The notes: generated from the sequence alone by a model not told the origin. DNA of 64,000 nt from an uncultured Gemmatimonadales bacterium (GCA_963708135.1 OY970192.1:32001-96000), one strand, 5' to 3'; positions 28,168 through 40,351 are shown, counted from the first letter of the stretch. Translations and numbers: made by a program.

Positions 28168-28736
28168 CGCGCCTGCTTCCGGATCCAGTCCGCGAGCGCC
28201 TCGACGTGCTGGCGCACGAACTTGCGCGTGGTCTCGTCCGTGAGGTTGCCCTCCTCGTCGAACCGCTCGCGGGCCCGCGCGACCAGCACCTCGGGCTGGA
28301 GCATGGCCAGCGTGCGCGTGAACACGAAGCTCTGCCTGAGCTGCAGTTGGGCGCGCGCCGTCCCGGAGCTCCCTGTCGTCGCGCCCATGATGCTCACCGG
28401 CTTCTCCCGCAGCGGCGACTCCGCCGGCGGCCGGGACGCCCAGTCGATGGCGTTCTTCAGCACGCCCGGCACGCCGTAGTTGTATTCGGGCGTCACGAAC
28501 AGCACGCCGTCCGCCTCGCGGATGGCGCGCTTCAGGTCCGTCACCACCTCCGGATCGCCGGCGTCCTCCACGTCCTGGTCGTACGGCGGGACCTCGCCCA
28601 GCCGGTCCCAGATCCGGATCTGGGTCCCCTCCGGCGCGAGCCGCTGCGCCTCCCGGAGCAGCGCCCTGTTGTAGGAGCCCCTGCGCAGGCTCCCCGCGAT
28701 GCCGAGCACCTGTAGCGCCCGCTCTTGATCGGTCAT
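28164..28736 (-). CDS. NADPH-dependent FMN reductase (ChrR/SsuE-like)
   Basis: GSLRRGSYN, TPEYNYGVPGVLKNAIDWASR. Confidence 0.95.
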   Translation of the reverse strand: MTDQERALQVLGIAGSLRRGSYNRALLREAQRLAPEGTQIRIWDRLGEVPPYDQDVEDAGDPEVVTDLKRAIREADGVLFVTPEYNYGVPGVLKNAIDWASRPPAESPLREKPVSIMGATTGSSGTARAQLQLRQSFVFTRTLAMLQPEVLVARARERFDEEGNLTDETTRKFVRQHVEALADWIRKQAR

Positions 28737-29055
28737 TCCTCCCCCTGGTAGAATCCGCCGGTCGGCTGGTCCGCCGCCGAGCCGCCCCGCGTGAAGCCCA
28801 AGCCGCTGCCGCCGCCGGGCTGTTCCACCCCCGCCGAGCCCGCGAACGACGTGCCGCGAGCGGGGAGCACGCGCCGAACACGGATCCGGCCCGGCAAACA
28901 GGCCGCGAGCGGCGAGAATGCCACGGCAACCCTCGGCCGCCGCGAGCGTCGCCCACTCTCCCGCTCGCCCACTCTCCCACCTCTGGCAGCGGGCGGAGCG
29001 GAAGCGCACCGCCGGGGTACGAACCGGACACCATGGACCCACACCCCCGGGGACC

Positions 29056-31901
<2,846 letters not shown>

Positions 31902-31902
<1 letters not shown>

Positions 31903-32921
31903 TGGCGCGCGCGGCGCCGAGCCGCATCTCCGTGCTGCTGCCCTGCCGCGACGCCGCCGCCACCCTCCCCGCCGCGCTCGAGTCGCTGGCCGCGCAGAGC
32001 CACGAGGACCTCGAGATCATCGCCGTAGACGATGGCTCCACGGACGGCACCTTCGACCTGCTGCTCGACCGGGCCGCGCGCGATCGCCGTGTCCGCCCCA
32101 TGCGCTCGCGCGGGCGGGGACTCGTGCGCGCGCTCGGCACCGCGCTCGCCGCCGCGCGCGGCCAGCTCGTGGCGCGCATGGACGCCGACGACATCGCGGA
32201 CCCGCGCCGCCTCGAGCTCCAGGCCGCGCTCCTCGCCGCGGAGCCGCGCGTGGCGGCCTGCGGAACCCATGTGCGCTACTTCCCGCGCGAGCGGCTCGGG
32301 ACCGGCGCGCGCCGCTACGAGGCGTGGCTGGGCTCCATGGACTCTCCCGAGAGCGTGGAGCGCGAGATCTTCGTGGAGTGTCCGATCGCGCATCCCACGC
32401 TCCTGGCCCGCCGGTCAGCGCTCCACGCCGTGGGCGGCTACCGCGACATGGGCTGGCCCGAGGACTACGACCTGGTGCTCCGCCTCTGGGCCGCCGGGCA
32501 TCGCCTGGGCGTCGTGCCGGAGGTGCTGCTCGCCTGGCGGGAGGGCGGTGCCCGGCTGTCGCGCACGAGTCCGCTCTACGCGCCCGCCGCCTTCCGCCGC
32601 TGCAAGGTCGAGTTCATGCGCCGGACGCTGCTCCAGGGGCGCGACGGCGTGGTGGTGTGGGGCGCCGGCTCCGTGGGCAAGCCGTTCGCGCGCGAGCTCG
32701 CGGCGCACGGCGTCGCCATCCGGGCGTTCGTGGACCTCGACCCCCGCAAGATCGGGCAGGAGATCCACGGCGCGCCCGTCGTGGCGCCCGGGCACATCGA
32801 CGCCTACCGCGGTGCGTTCTGTGTCGCCGCCGTCGGCACCCCCGGCGCCCGCGGCGACATCCGCGCCGCGCTCGATGCCGCCGGCTGGCGCGAGATGGCC
32901 GACTGGTGCGCGGTGGCCTGA
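31902..32921 (+). CDS. Glycosyltransferase family 2 with C-terminal Rossmann-like domain
   Basis: VDDGSTD, ARMDADD, EDYDL; overlaps the uvrA stop (TGATG). Confidence 0.92.
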
Positions 32922-32933
32922 GCCCGTGATAGC

Positions 32934-32963
32934 GGAACCCGCGGCTGCCGATGATGGTTGAAC
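32934..32963 (+). promoter_or_regulatory. ECF-type promoter candidate upstream of map copy 1
   Basis: GGAAC-N18-GTTGAAC; same spacing conserved at copy 2. Confidence 0.55.
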
Positions 32964-33013
32964 GAGAATCGCGCCGGACCCGCCGGCGCGGCGGGGCCGA
33001 GCCGGGAGGGGGA

Positions 33014-33757
33014 GTGTCGATCGAATCGGCGGAGGACTTCGAGGCGCTGAAGCGGGCTGGCGTCGTCGTGGCACGAGCGCTCGCGGCCATGCGGGCGGCG
33101 GTCGCCCCGGGCGTGCGCACGGTCGACCTCGATGCCGTGGCCGCCGACGTCATGGCGGAGCACGGCGCGCGCTCCGCGCCCCGGCTGGTCTATCGCTTCC
33201 CCGGCACCACGTGCATCAGCGTCAACGAGGAGGCGGTGCACGGGATCCCCGGTGCGCGCGCGCTCCGCGACGGCGACGTCGTCTCGCTGGATGTGACGGT
33301 CGAGCTGGATGGCTACTTCGCCGACGCGGCCGTCACGGTGGCCGTGCCGCCCGCCTCACCCGTGGCGAGTCGGCTGATCGCGGCCGCCGAGGCCGCCTTC
33401 TGGAAGGGCGCCGCGGCCGCGCGTCCCGGCGCCCGGGTCTGCGACGTGGGCGGCGCCATCGAGGCGGAGGTGCAGCGGTGGGGGTTCCGCACGCTGCGCC
33501 AGCTGTGCGGCCACGGCATCGGCAGGACCATCCACGAGCCGCCCAGCGTGGTGAACTACTACGAGCCGCGGCTCCACGACCGGCTGGCCGAGGGGCAGGT
33601 CATCGCCATGGAGCCGATCGTGTCCACCCGCACCCGCCGGAGCCGCACCCTGCCCGACGGCTGGACCGTCGTGAGCGCCGACGGCGGCCTCGCCGCGCAC
33701 TACGAGCACACGATCGTGATCACCGCCGGCGAGCCGGTCCTGCTGACCGCCGCCTGA
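33014..33757 (+). CDS. map: Type I methionine aminopeptidase, copy 1
   Basis: CISVNEEAVHGIP, DVTVELDGYFADAA, GHGIGRTIHEPP, AMEP, AHYEHT. Confidence 0.95.
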   Translation: MSIESAEDFEALKRAGVVVARALAAMRAAVAPGVRTVDLDAVAADVMAEHGARSAPRLVYRFPGTTCISVNEEAVHGIPGARALRDGDVVSLDVTVELDGYFADAAVTVAVPPASPVASRLIAAAEAAFWKGAAAARPGARVCDVGGAIEAEVQRWGFRTLRQLCGHGIGRTIHEPPSVVNYYEPRLHDRLAEGQVIAMEPIVSTRTRRSRTLPDGWTVVSADGGLAAHYEHTIVITAGEPVLLTAA

Positions 33758-33911
33758 GCGGGGTGCCGCTCAGCCCGACGCGCGGCTCGGCGGCCCGAGC
33801 GCCGAGCCGTCCTTCTTCACGACCCGCACCGACAACCCCGCCGGAGCGCCGGCCACGCGCAGCCGCCGCACGATGCTCGCCTTCTCGGGGTCCACCACCA
33901 GCACGTAGCCA
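33079..33911 (+). repeat. 833-bp near-identical direct repeat, copy A
   Basis: Matches 36880-37712 at offset 3801; 8 substitutions seen by eye. Confidence 0.95.
33770..33911 (-). pseudogene. Duplicated 3' fragment of the YncE-like beta-propeller gene
   Basis: GYVLVVDPEKASIVRRLRVAGAPAGLSVRVVKKDG..SG* is identical to the C-terminus of 37571-38695. Confidence 0.9.
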
Positions 33912-34059
33912 CAGGCGGGCACCGGCAGCGGAACGATGGCGGCGGGGCCGGGTGCCCGCGGGGTTCCCGTTCCCGTGGGCCTGCCCCTTCGCATGCCCCT
34001 GCCCGGCTGCCTGCCGTTTCTGCCCGTCCGCGTGCCCCTGCCCGTGACCCGTGCCCGGC

Positions 34060-34259
34060 CTCTCGTCGCCGTCGGACTGCTCCTCGCTGGCGCCGCGATG
34101 CGCCTGCTGGCGACTCTGCTTTTCGGCGTGCAACCCCGTGATCCTCTCACGTTCGCCGCCGTCGCGCTCCTGGTCCTTGCGGATGGCACGGTTGCCAGGG
34201 TGCTACCGGCGCGCGCCGTGGCCGCCGTCGTCCCGAGCCAGGCTTTACGCGCGGAGTAG
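34060..34259 (+). pseudogene. C-terminal remnant of an FtsX/ADOP-type ABC permease
   Basis: LLFGVQPRDPLTFAAVALL..LPARA..PSQALRAE* is the characteristic C-terminus; the rest of the gene is absent. Confidence 0.8.
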
Positions 34260-34437
34260 AGCGCTCTTGGCGAAAGGCTGGAGCAGCGCGGGCCTCTGCG
34301 GTGGCAGGATTGCGCCGCGAAGCGGGGCCGTGCTTCTCAGATTTGCGCGACGCCGGCTGGTACCCGGTCTTCGCGATTGATGGCCGACTCCGGTGGCCAC
34401 GACGCGGCAGTGCTATCGGAGAAACGAGCTTCGTCGG

Positions 34438-34986
34438 TTAGGGCACCCGCAGCCGAAGCCCGGCGCCGATGATGGCGTTATGTCTCAGGGCCCCCCGCCG
34501 GTGATCCCAGCGCACCTCGAGTTCCGGTGCGACAAACCGTGCCAGCCAGAACGCCACTCCTCCAAAAAGCGCAGCTGAGACGCCACCGTAAGGAGGGCCG
34601 GAGATGAACTCGCCGAGTTCACCACCGACGTATGGTGCGATCGCCCCACGGTGGAATCCGAAGCGGACACCCGCTCTGAGATCTGTGCCCCGACCCCCAC
34701 AGTCGGCACCCACGATGGCTGTGCACTTCAGCTCGACCTTCACATGAGCCACCTCCATGAGAACGGAGGCGAAGGGAAGCGCGCGAAACGAGAGCCGCGC
34801 CGTCTCGGTCCGGAGCGTCCCTGAACTATGGTCCTGCCCCTCCAGGGGGACCCGTGTTGCGTGCTGGAGATCCACCTCGAGCCGGCGCCAGACCGGACGC
34901 GTTCGATCCTGCCCGGCGAGAGGGGCTGCCGCTACCCACAGCATGAGAATTCCGAAAAGGGGAACGGCGGATCGCTGAATTGGCAT
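34438..34986 (-). CDS. Hypothetical exported protein, possibly a small outer-membrane beta-barrel
   Basis: Signal peptide ending PLAG|Q; amphipathic strands (PYVGGELG, AGLRLRVP C-terminus). Confidence 0.55.
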   Translation of the reverse strand: MPIQRSAVPLFGILMLWVAAAPLAGQDRTRPVWRRLEVDLQHATRVPLEGQDHSSGTLRTETARLSFRALPFASVLMEVAHVKVELKCTAIVGADCGGRGTDLRAGVRFGFHRGAIAPYVGGELGEFISGPPYGGVSAALFGGVAFWLARFVAPELEVRWDHRRGALRHNAIIGAGLRLRVP

Positions 34987-35002
34987 GCCTATCCCCTTCT
35001 AT

Positions 35003-36492
35003 TCAGCAGCCGGTGTCTGACTGACATGTCGCGACATTCACATCAATTACCGCGGACGGCGCGTCGGCGCCACTTGTGAAACTCGCCCGCAACCGGAAAC
35101 TGGGGTCGGCCGGATCGCCCGCATAGACATATCTGGTGTAGTATGTCGATGTGCCTACCGGAACGTAAGTTGCTCCACCGTCGGTGCTGTACTGCCACAG
35201 CACGTTCGTTATGGTACCGTTCCCGCCCCAGATATCCATAGTCCACGTATAGGAGCCAGAAGTGTCAATGTAGGTTTGACCCTTCAGGTACACGGCAGTA
35301 TGCACCGAGTAGAGCAGGTATGGAGGCGAGCCGTTTAGATTGGCGAGAGAAATAACTGTGGCGCTGTTTTGCAGAACGTGCAGCAGTTCAAAATTGCTCG
35401 TTTCAGGATGCTCCGAAACCATGAGGGCCAGCGTTCCCGCTACGTATGGGGCAGCCACCGAAGTTCCGGAGGCGATGGTTATTCCACTGTCCGTCGAATC
35501 GACCGCAACGCCAGATCCCGGCGCGAGGAGGTCGATACAGCTGCCGAAATCGCTGAACGTGGCCAGCTCATCGTTTGGGTCCGTAGCTGCGACGGTGATC
35601 GCCTCTGCTGCACGCGCGGGAGAGTGGTTGCAAGCGTTGCCAGAATCATTTCCAGCCGCCACGACCACAGGCATACCCTGGTCGGCCAGCAAATTCGTGG
35701 CATCGTCAACAGCATTATCTGTTCCGCCCCCCAAACTCACGTTAGCAACAGCCGTCCCATATCTGTTTACAACAATCCAGTTTACTCCGTCTAGGATGCG
35801 GTGGTCCAATGTCCCTGGCAATCGGTCACTTGGATTGGATGGACAATAACTTGCTTTGCCACGCCAGGTTGGTCTGCTGCAATGACCGATGCGACTTCTG
35901 TACCGTGGGGCGAGCAAGGAGCCGTCGGATTTCCACCGACGCTACTATATCCGGTCCCAATACGCCCTCCCAAGCCGCTAATAGGGGCAACGCCGGAGTC
36001 GATTACGTATGCGTGCGCTGTGGAGCCGGTGTAGTAGTAGTGGTACGTCCAGTCGGCGGGGGGCGTAGCATTGTGGTCCCAAGTATGCTGGTTGACGCGG
36101 TCGAGGCCCCATGCTCCTGGGATACCGAATAGCGGCTGGGCTGTTGCCACGCCGTGGACCAGGTTCGGCTGGATACTAAGAATACGACCGATAGTGCTCT
36201 GGACAACGTCCACGGCCGCCGCGGGAATCTTCGCATGGAATCCGGCGTAGCCGTGCGGCCACCACCGGAGCAGCTTGCCGCCGTGCGCCGACAGCACGTA
36301 TTCGACCTGGGCGCGTTTTACCCCAGCGAGAGAATCCAGTCGGACGACGTACTCGTCGGGCACTCGTTGTTGGCCCGGATCGACGGCCGCGTCCACCCGC
36401 GAGTAGGGAGTGCCGGGCTGCAGCATATCTCTGCAGGCCCAGAGCGGCAGGAGAAGAGAGAGCGCGAGCAGGGCTTTGGCGAAGCGAAGCAT
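35003..36492 (-). pseudogene. Frameshifted S8 subtilase (proteinase K/aqualysin-like) lipoprotein
   Basis: ORF 35791-36492 has lipobox LWAC, a propeptide, WGLDRV, VIDSG and HGTEVAS. ORF 35003-35917 continues with ILDGVNW, VVAAGND and SGTSVAAP. The frame switch is near 35795-35800. Confidence 0.88.
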
Positions 36493-36603
36493 GAACTCCT
36501 CCAGGACGATAGACAGCTCGGGCGCGACGAGGCTGGAAGAAAGTTAGAGGTACATTACGTTACAACAATCCTGAAGGATCGACAAGTTAATTGTTCCAAC
36601 ACT

Positions 36604-36699
36604 GCGGCGGTGCGCGCTGCGGGCGTACGGCGCAGGCATCCATGCCGCGCTCGCCGAGGCCGGCTGGAGAAGATGGTGGAGTGCTGCGCCGTCGCCTGA
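36604..36699 (+). pseudogene. Degenerate copy of the GT2 gene 3' end
   Basis: With two frame changes it reads AAVRAAGVRRR-IHAALAEAGWR-xMVECCAVA*, versus GT2 AAVGTPGARGDIRAALDAAGWREMADWCAVA* (32826-32921). Both segments are 96 bp. Confidence 0.8.
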
Positions 36700-36701
36700 C
36701 C

Positions 36702-36731
36702 GGAACATCGCGGCGGCGGCGGCGGTTCAAC
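36702..36731 (+). promoter_or_regulatory. ECF-type promoter candidate upstream of map copy 2
   Basis: GGAAC-N18-GTTCAAC. Confidence 0.55.
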
Positions 36732-36814
36732 GTCGGGTGCCGGTACGGCGGCTGGCGCTCGCGTTCGGGCGCCGACCGACTGGCGGGGATGTGACCGCGG
36801 CCGATGGAGGGGGC

Positions 36815-37558
36815 GTGTCGATCGAGTCCGAGGGTGACCTCGAGGCGCTGAAGCGCGCCGGCGCCGTGGTGGCGCAGGTGCTCGCGGCCATGCGGGCGGC
36901 GGTCGCCCCGGGCGTGCGCACGGTCGACCTCGATGCCGTGGCCGCCGACGTCATGGCGGAGCACGGCGCGCGCTCCGCGCCCCGGCTGGTCTATCGCTTC
37001 CCCGGCACCACGTGCATCAGCGTCAACGAGGAGGCGGTGCACGGGATCCCCGGTGCGCGCGCGCTCCGCGGCGGCGACGTCGTCTCGCTGGATGTGACGG
37101 TCGAGCTGGATGGCTACTTCGCCGACGCGGCCGTCACGGTGGCCGTGCCGCCCGCCTCACCCGTGGGGAGCCGGCTGATCGCCGCCGCCGAGGCCGCCTT
37201 CTGGAAGGGCGCCGCGGCCGCGCGTCCCGGGGCCCGGGTCTGCGACGTGGGCGGCGCCATCGAGGCGGAGGTGCAGCGGTGGGGGTTCCGCACGCTGCGC
37301 CAGCTGTGCGGCCACGGCATCGGCAGGACCATCCACGAGCCGCCCAGCGTGGTGAACTACTACGAGCCGCGGCTCCACGACCGGCTGGCCGAGGGGCAGG
37401 TCATCGCCATGGAGCCGATCGTGTCCACCCGCACCCGCCGGAGCCGCACCCTGCCCGACGGCTGGACCGTCGTGAGCGCCGACGGCGGCCTCGCCGCGCA
37501 CTACGAGCACACGATCGTGATCACCGCCGGCGAGCCGGTCCTGCTGACCGCCGCCTGA
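36815..37558 (+). CDS. map: Type I methionine aminopeptidase, copy 2
   Basis: Same motifs as copy 1; intact, 247 aa; differs mainly in the first ~22 codons. Confidence 0.95.
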   Translation: MSIESEGDLEALKRAGAVVAQVLAAMRAAVAPGVRTVDLDAVAADVMAEHGARSAPRLVYRFPGTTCISVNEEAVHGIPGARALRGGDVVSLDVTVELDGYFADAAVTVAVPPASPVGSRLIAAAEAAFWKGAAAARPGARVCDVGGAIEAEVQRWGFRTLRQLCGHGIGRTIHEPPSVVNYYEPRLHDRLAEGQVIAMEPIVSTRTRRSRTLPDGWTVVSADGGLAAHYEHTIVITAGEPVLLTAA

Positions 37559-37712
37559 GCGGGGTGCCGCTCAGCCCGACGCGCGGCTCGGCGGCCCGAG
37601 CGCCGAGCCGTCCTTCTTCACGACCCGCACCGACAGCCCCGCTGGAGCGCCGGCGACGCGCAGCCGCCGCACGATGCTCGCCTTCTCGGGGTCCACCACC
37701 AGCACGTAGCCA
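36880..37712 (+). repeat. 833-bp near-identical direct repeat, copy B
   Basis: Matches 33079-33911. Confidence 0.95.
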
Positions 37713-38695
37713 TCCGACTCCGCCACGTACGCCAGGTCGCCGGGACCGAAGGCGACGCCGCCCGTCGCGCCGCCGGCGCGGATCTCGTTCACCGCCCGTG
37801 CACCGCCCCGGCCATCCAGCTTCACGACCGTGAGCCCCGCTCCGCCCCCATCCGCGAGCAGGTGCTGCCCCTCGTCCGCCGCCGCGTGCCTGGGCCGCGC
37901 CGCCACGCCGATCGAATCGCTGCGCGTGCCGCGCGCCAGGTCCAGCACCGCCACCTCGTCGCGGGCCGGCACCGCCACGTACAGCTGCTGCTCGGCCGGG
38001 TCCAGCGCGAGCCCCGCCGGCGCGCCGCCCACCGGGATCGAGTCGGTGACGGATACGTGCTCCGCGTCGAGCACCAGGACCTCGCCCGCCGCCGCATCCG
38101 TGACATAGGCCCGCGAGCCGTCCGAGAGCAGCACGATCCCGCGCGGCGCCCGCCCGATCGCGTGGTCCGCCACCTTCTCGAACCCGGGCGCCTCCAGCAC
38201 CAGGGCATTCCCCCGGCCGCCATCGGCGCTCAGCACCCACAGGTGCTTCGAATCAGGCGCCCAGTCGAGCGAGGTCGGCCGCTTCACCCCCACGCTCGCC
38301 GCCTCCTCGCCTTTCGCCGCGTCGTAGATCCGGACCGAGCCGGACGCGACCGCCACCGCCGCCCAGCGCCCGTCCGGCGAGACCTTCACCACCGTCGGCA
38401 CTCCGCCCGCCCGCAGCTGCCTGAGCTCCCGCCCGCTCGCCGCGTCGTACACCCCGACCGCCCGCCCGCCCCCGAGCCCCACCCACAGCTCCGTCCGCGC
38501 GACGCTCCCCGGATCCACCGCCTCCGGGATCTCCGGCTTCGCCCGCGCCTGCCCGCCCGCTTCCGCGCGCTCCGACGGCGGCTCACGCGGCTCCTTTCGC
38601 CCCGTGCACCCCGCCCCCGTCGCAAGCACCAGCGCGCACGCCAAGACCCGCCCGACCTGCGTCCAGCCCCCGCCCGCGCCTTCCATTCCACCCAT
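37571..38695 (-). CDS. YncE/YVTN-like beta-propeller lipoprotein
   Basis: GAGC lipobox; repeats of xxPxGxxxxxDG..YV..; start 38686 or 38695. Confidence 0.85.
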   Translation of the reverse strand: MGGMEGAGGGWTQVGRVLACALVLATGAGCTGRKEPREPPSERAEAGGQARAKPEIPEAVDPGSVARTELWVGLGGGRAVGVYDAASGRELRQLRAGGVPTVVKVSPDGRWAAVAVASGSVRIYDAAKGEEAASVGVKRPTSLDWAPDSKHLWVLSADGGRGNALVLEAPGFEKVADHAIGRAPRGIVLLSDGSRAYVTDAAAGEVLVLDAEHVSVTDSIPVGGAPAGLALDPAEQQLYVAVPARDEVAVLDLARGTRSDSIGVAARPRHAAADEGQHLLADGGGAGLTVVKLDGRGGARAVNEIRAGGATGGVAFGPGDLAYVAESDGYVLVVDPEKASIVRRLRVAGAPAGLSVRVVKKDGSALGPPSRASG

Positions 38696-38751
38696 TCGAT
38701 CGATCCTCCTCCAGTCTTCCCCTCTCCCTAAGACTCAGGCAAGATCGCGGC

Positions 38752-38847
38752 CGCCCCTCCCCCTCCCCCTCACCCTCCCCTCACCCCAACCCGAATCCCC
38801 ACCCTCCCCCTCCCCCTCACCCTCCCTCCCCCCTCACCCCCTCCCTC
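38752..38847. repeat. Polypyrimidine (CCCTCA/CCCTCC)n tract
   Basis: Almost entirely C/T on the + strand; many G-runs on the - strand. Confidence 0.85.
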
Positions 38848-38849
38848 GC

Positions 38850-38879
38850 TTGCACGGAAAGGAAAGAACGGAGTATCTT
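38850..38879 (+). promoter_or_regulatory. Sigma70-like promoter candidate
   Basis: TTGCAC-N18-TATCTT upstream of the amidohydrolase ATG at 38924. Confidence 0.45.
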
Positions 38880-38923
38880 GTCCGCCTCCTCACCCTCCTA
38901 TCCAGTCTTTCTCGGAGCTGCCA

Positions 38924-40351
38924 ATGTACGTACGCGCGTCCTGCTGGGCGCTGGCGGCGCTCGTCGCCGCCGGCTGCGCGAGCACAGGATCCCGCAGCGC
39001 CACGCCCACGCCGAAGGGCTCCGCCGCCACCACGGCGCCGCCGCCCGTGAACGAGGGTGTCGCCCCCTTCGCCTCGACCTACGAGCCGCTGCCCTCCAGG
39101 GTCACCGTCATCCGGAACGCCACCATCCTCACCGCGGCCGGGCCCGTCATCCAGGGCGGCTCCGTGCTCATGCGCGATGGCAAGGTCGTGGCGGTCGGCA
39201 AGGAGGTGCAGGCGCCCGTGGACGCGACCGTCGTGGACGCCAGCGGTGGGTGGGTGACCCCCGGCCTCATCGACATCCACTCGCACCTCGGCGACTATCC
39301 CGCGCCCGGCGTCGCGGCGGTCTCGGACGGCAACGAGGCCACCAACCCGAACACCGCGCAGGTCTGGGCGGAGCACTCCGTCTGGCCACAGGACCCCCAG
39401 TTCGCCCTCGCCCTCGCCGGCGGCGTGACCACGATCGAGATCCTGCCGGGCTCCGCCAACCTCTTCGGCGGCCGCAGCGTGGTCGTGAAGAACGTGCCCG
39501 CCCGGACGGTCCAGGCCATGAAGTTCCCCGGCGCGCCCTACGACCTCAAGATGGCCTGCGGCGAGAACCCGAAGCGCGTCTATGGCAACCGCGGCGGCCC
39601 ATCCACCCGGATGGGCAACGTGGCCGGCTACCGCGCAGCCTGGATCAAGGCGGAGCACTACAAGGAGCAATGGGACAAGTGGAGGCGCGAGGGCTCGGAC
39701 CCCGACAAGAAGCCGGTCCGCGACCTCCAGCTCGAGACGCTGATGGGAGTGCTGAACGGCCAGATCCGGGTCCAGATGCACTGCTACCGGGCCGACGAGA
39801 TGGCCGTGATGCTCGACGTGGCGAAGGAGTTCAACTACCACATCGCCGCGTTCCACCACGCCGTCGAGGCCTACAAGATCCGCGACCTGCTCAAGCAGGA
39901 CAGCGTCTGCGCCGTGATGTGGTCCGACTGGTGGGGCTTCAAGCTCGAGGCCTACGACGGCATCCGCCAGAACATCCCCCTGGTGGACGAGGGCGGCGGC
40001 TGCGCCATCCTCCACTCCGACGACCCGAAAGGCATCCAGCGCCTGAACCAGGATGCCGCCAAGGCCATGGAGGCGGGCGAGGAGGCCGACATCCACACCA
40101 CGCCGGCCGAGGCCATCCGCTGGATCACCATCAACCCCGCGAAGGCGCTGGGCATCGACCAGTGGACCGGCTCGCTCGAGCCCGGCAAGATGGCCGACCT
40201 CGTCATCTGGAACGGCACGCCGTTCAGCGTCTACTCGAGGGCGCAGAAGGTCTTCATCGACGGCGCGCTCATCTACGACCGCAACGACCCGACGAAGCAG
40301 CCGGTCAGCGATTTCCGGCTCGGAACCGTGCCGGGGGAGGTGAAGCCGTGA
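38924..40351 (+). CDS. Amidohydrolase family lipoprotein
   Basis: AAGC lipobox; PGLIDIHSH, KMACGENPK, MHCYRADE, FHHAVE, HSDD. Confidence 0.92.
   Translation: MYVRASCWALAALVAAGCASTGSRSATPTPKGSAATTAPPPVNEGVAPFASTYEPLPSRVTVIRNATILTAAGPVIQGGSVLMRDGKVVAVGKEVQAPVDATVVDASGGWVTPGLIDIHSHLGDYPAPGVAAVSDGNEATNPNTAQVWAEHSVWPQDPQFALALAGGVTTIEILPGSANLFGGRSVVVKNVPARTVQAMKFPGAPYDLKMACGENPKRVYGNRGGPSTRMGNVAGYRAAWIKAEHYKEQWDKWRREGSDPDKKPVRDLQLETLMGVLNGQIRVQMHCYRADEMAVMLDVAKEFNYHIAAFHHAVEAYKIRDLLKQDSVCAVMWSDWWGFKLEAYDGIRQNIPLVDEGGGCAILHSDDPKGIQRLNQDAAKAMEAGEEADIHTTPAEAIRWITINPAKALGIDQWTGSLEPGKMADLVIWNGTPFSVYSRAQKVFIDGALIYDRNDPTKQPVSDFRLGTVPGEVKP

Larger units (their letters stand above)
33912..36603. other. Lower-GC insert between the duplicated segments
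   Basis: Visibly more AT-rich with atypical codon use; bounded by the duplicated segments; no integrase or transposase. Confidence 0.8.

Noticed and set aside
28740..29055. LexA box upstream of uvrA
   Set aside because: No convincing palindrome matching a LexA motif I know was found.
33912..36603. Prophage, IS or composite transposon
   Set aside because: No integrase, transposase, terminal inverted repeats or phage genes were seen; the flanking repeats are host gene sequence.
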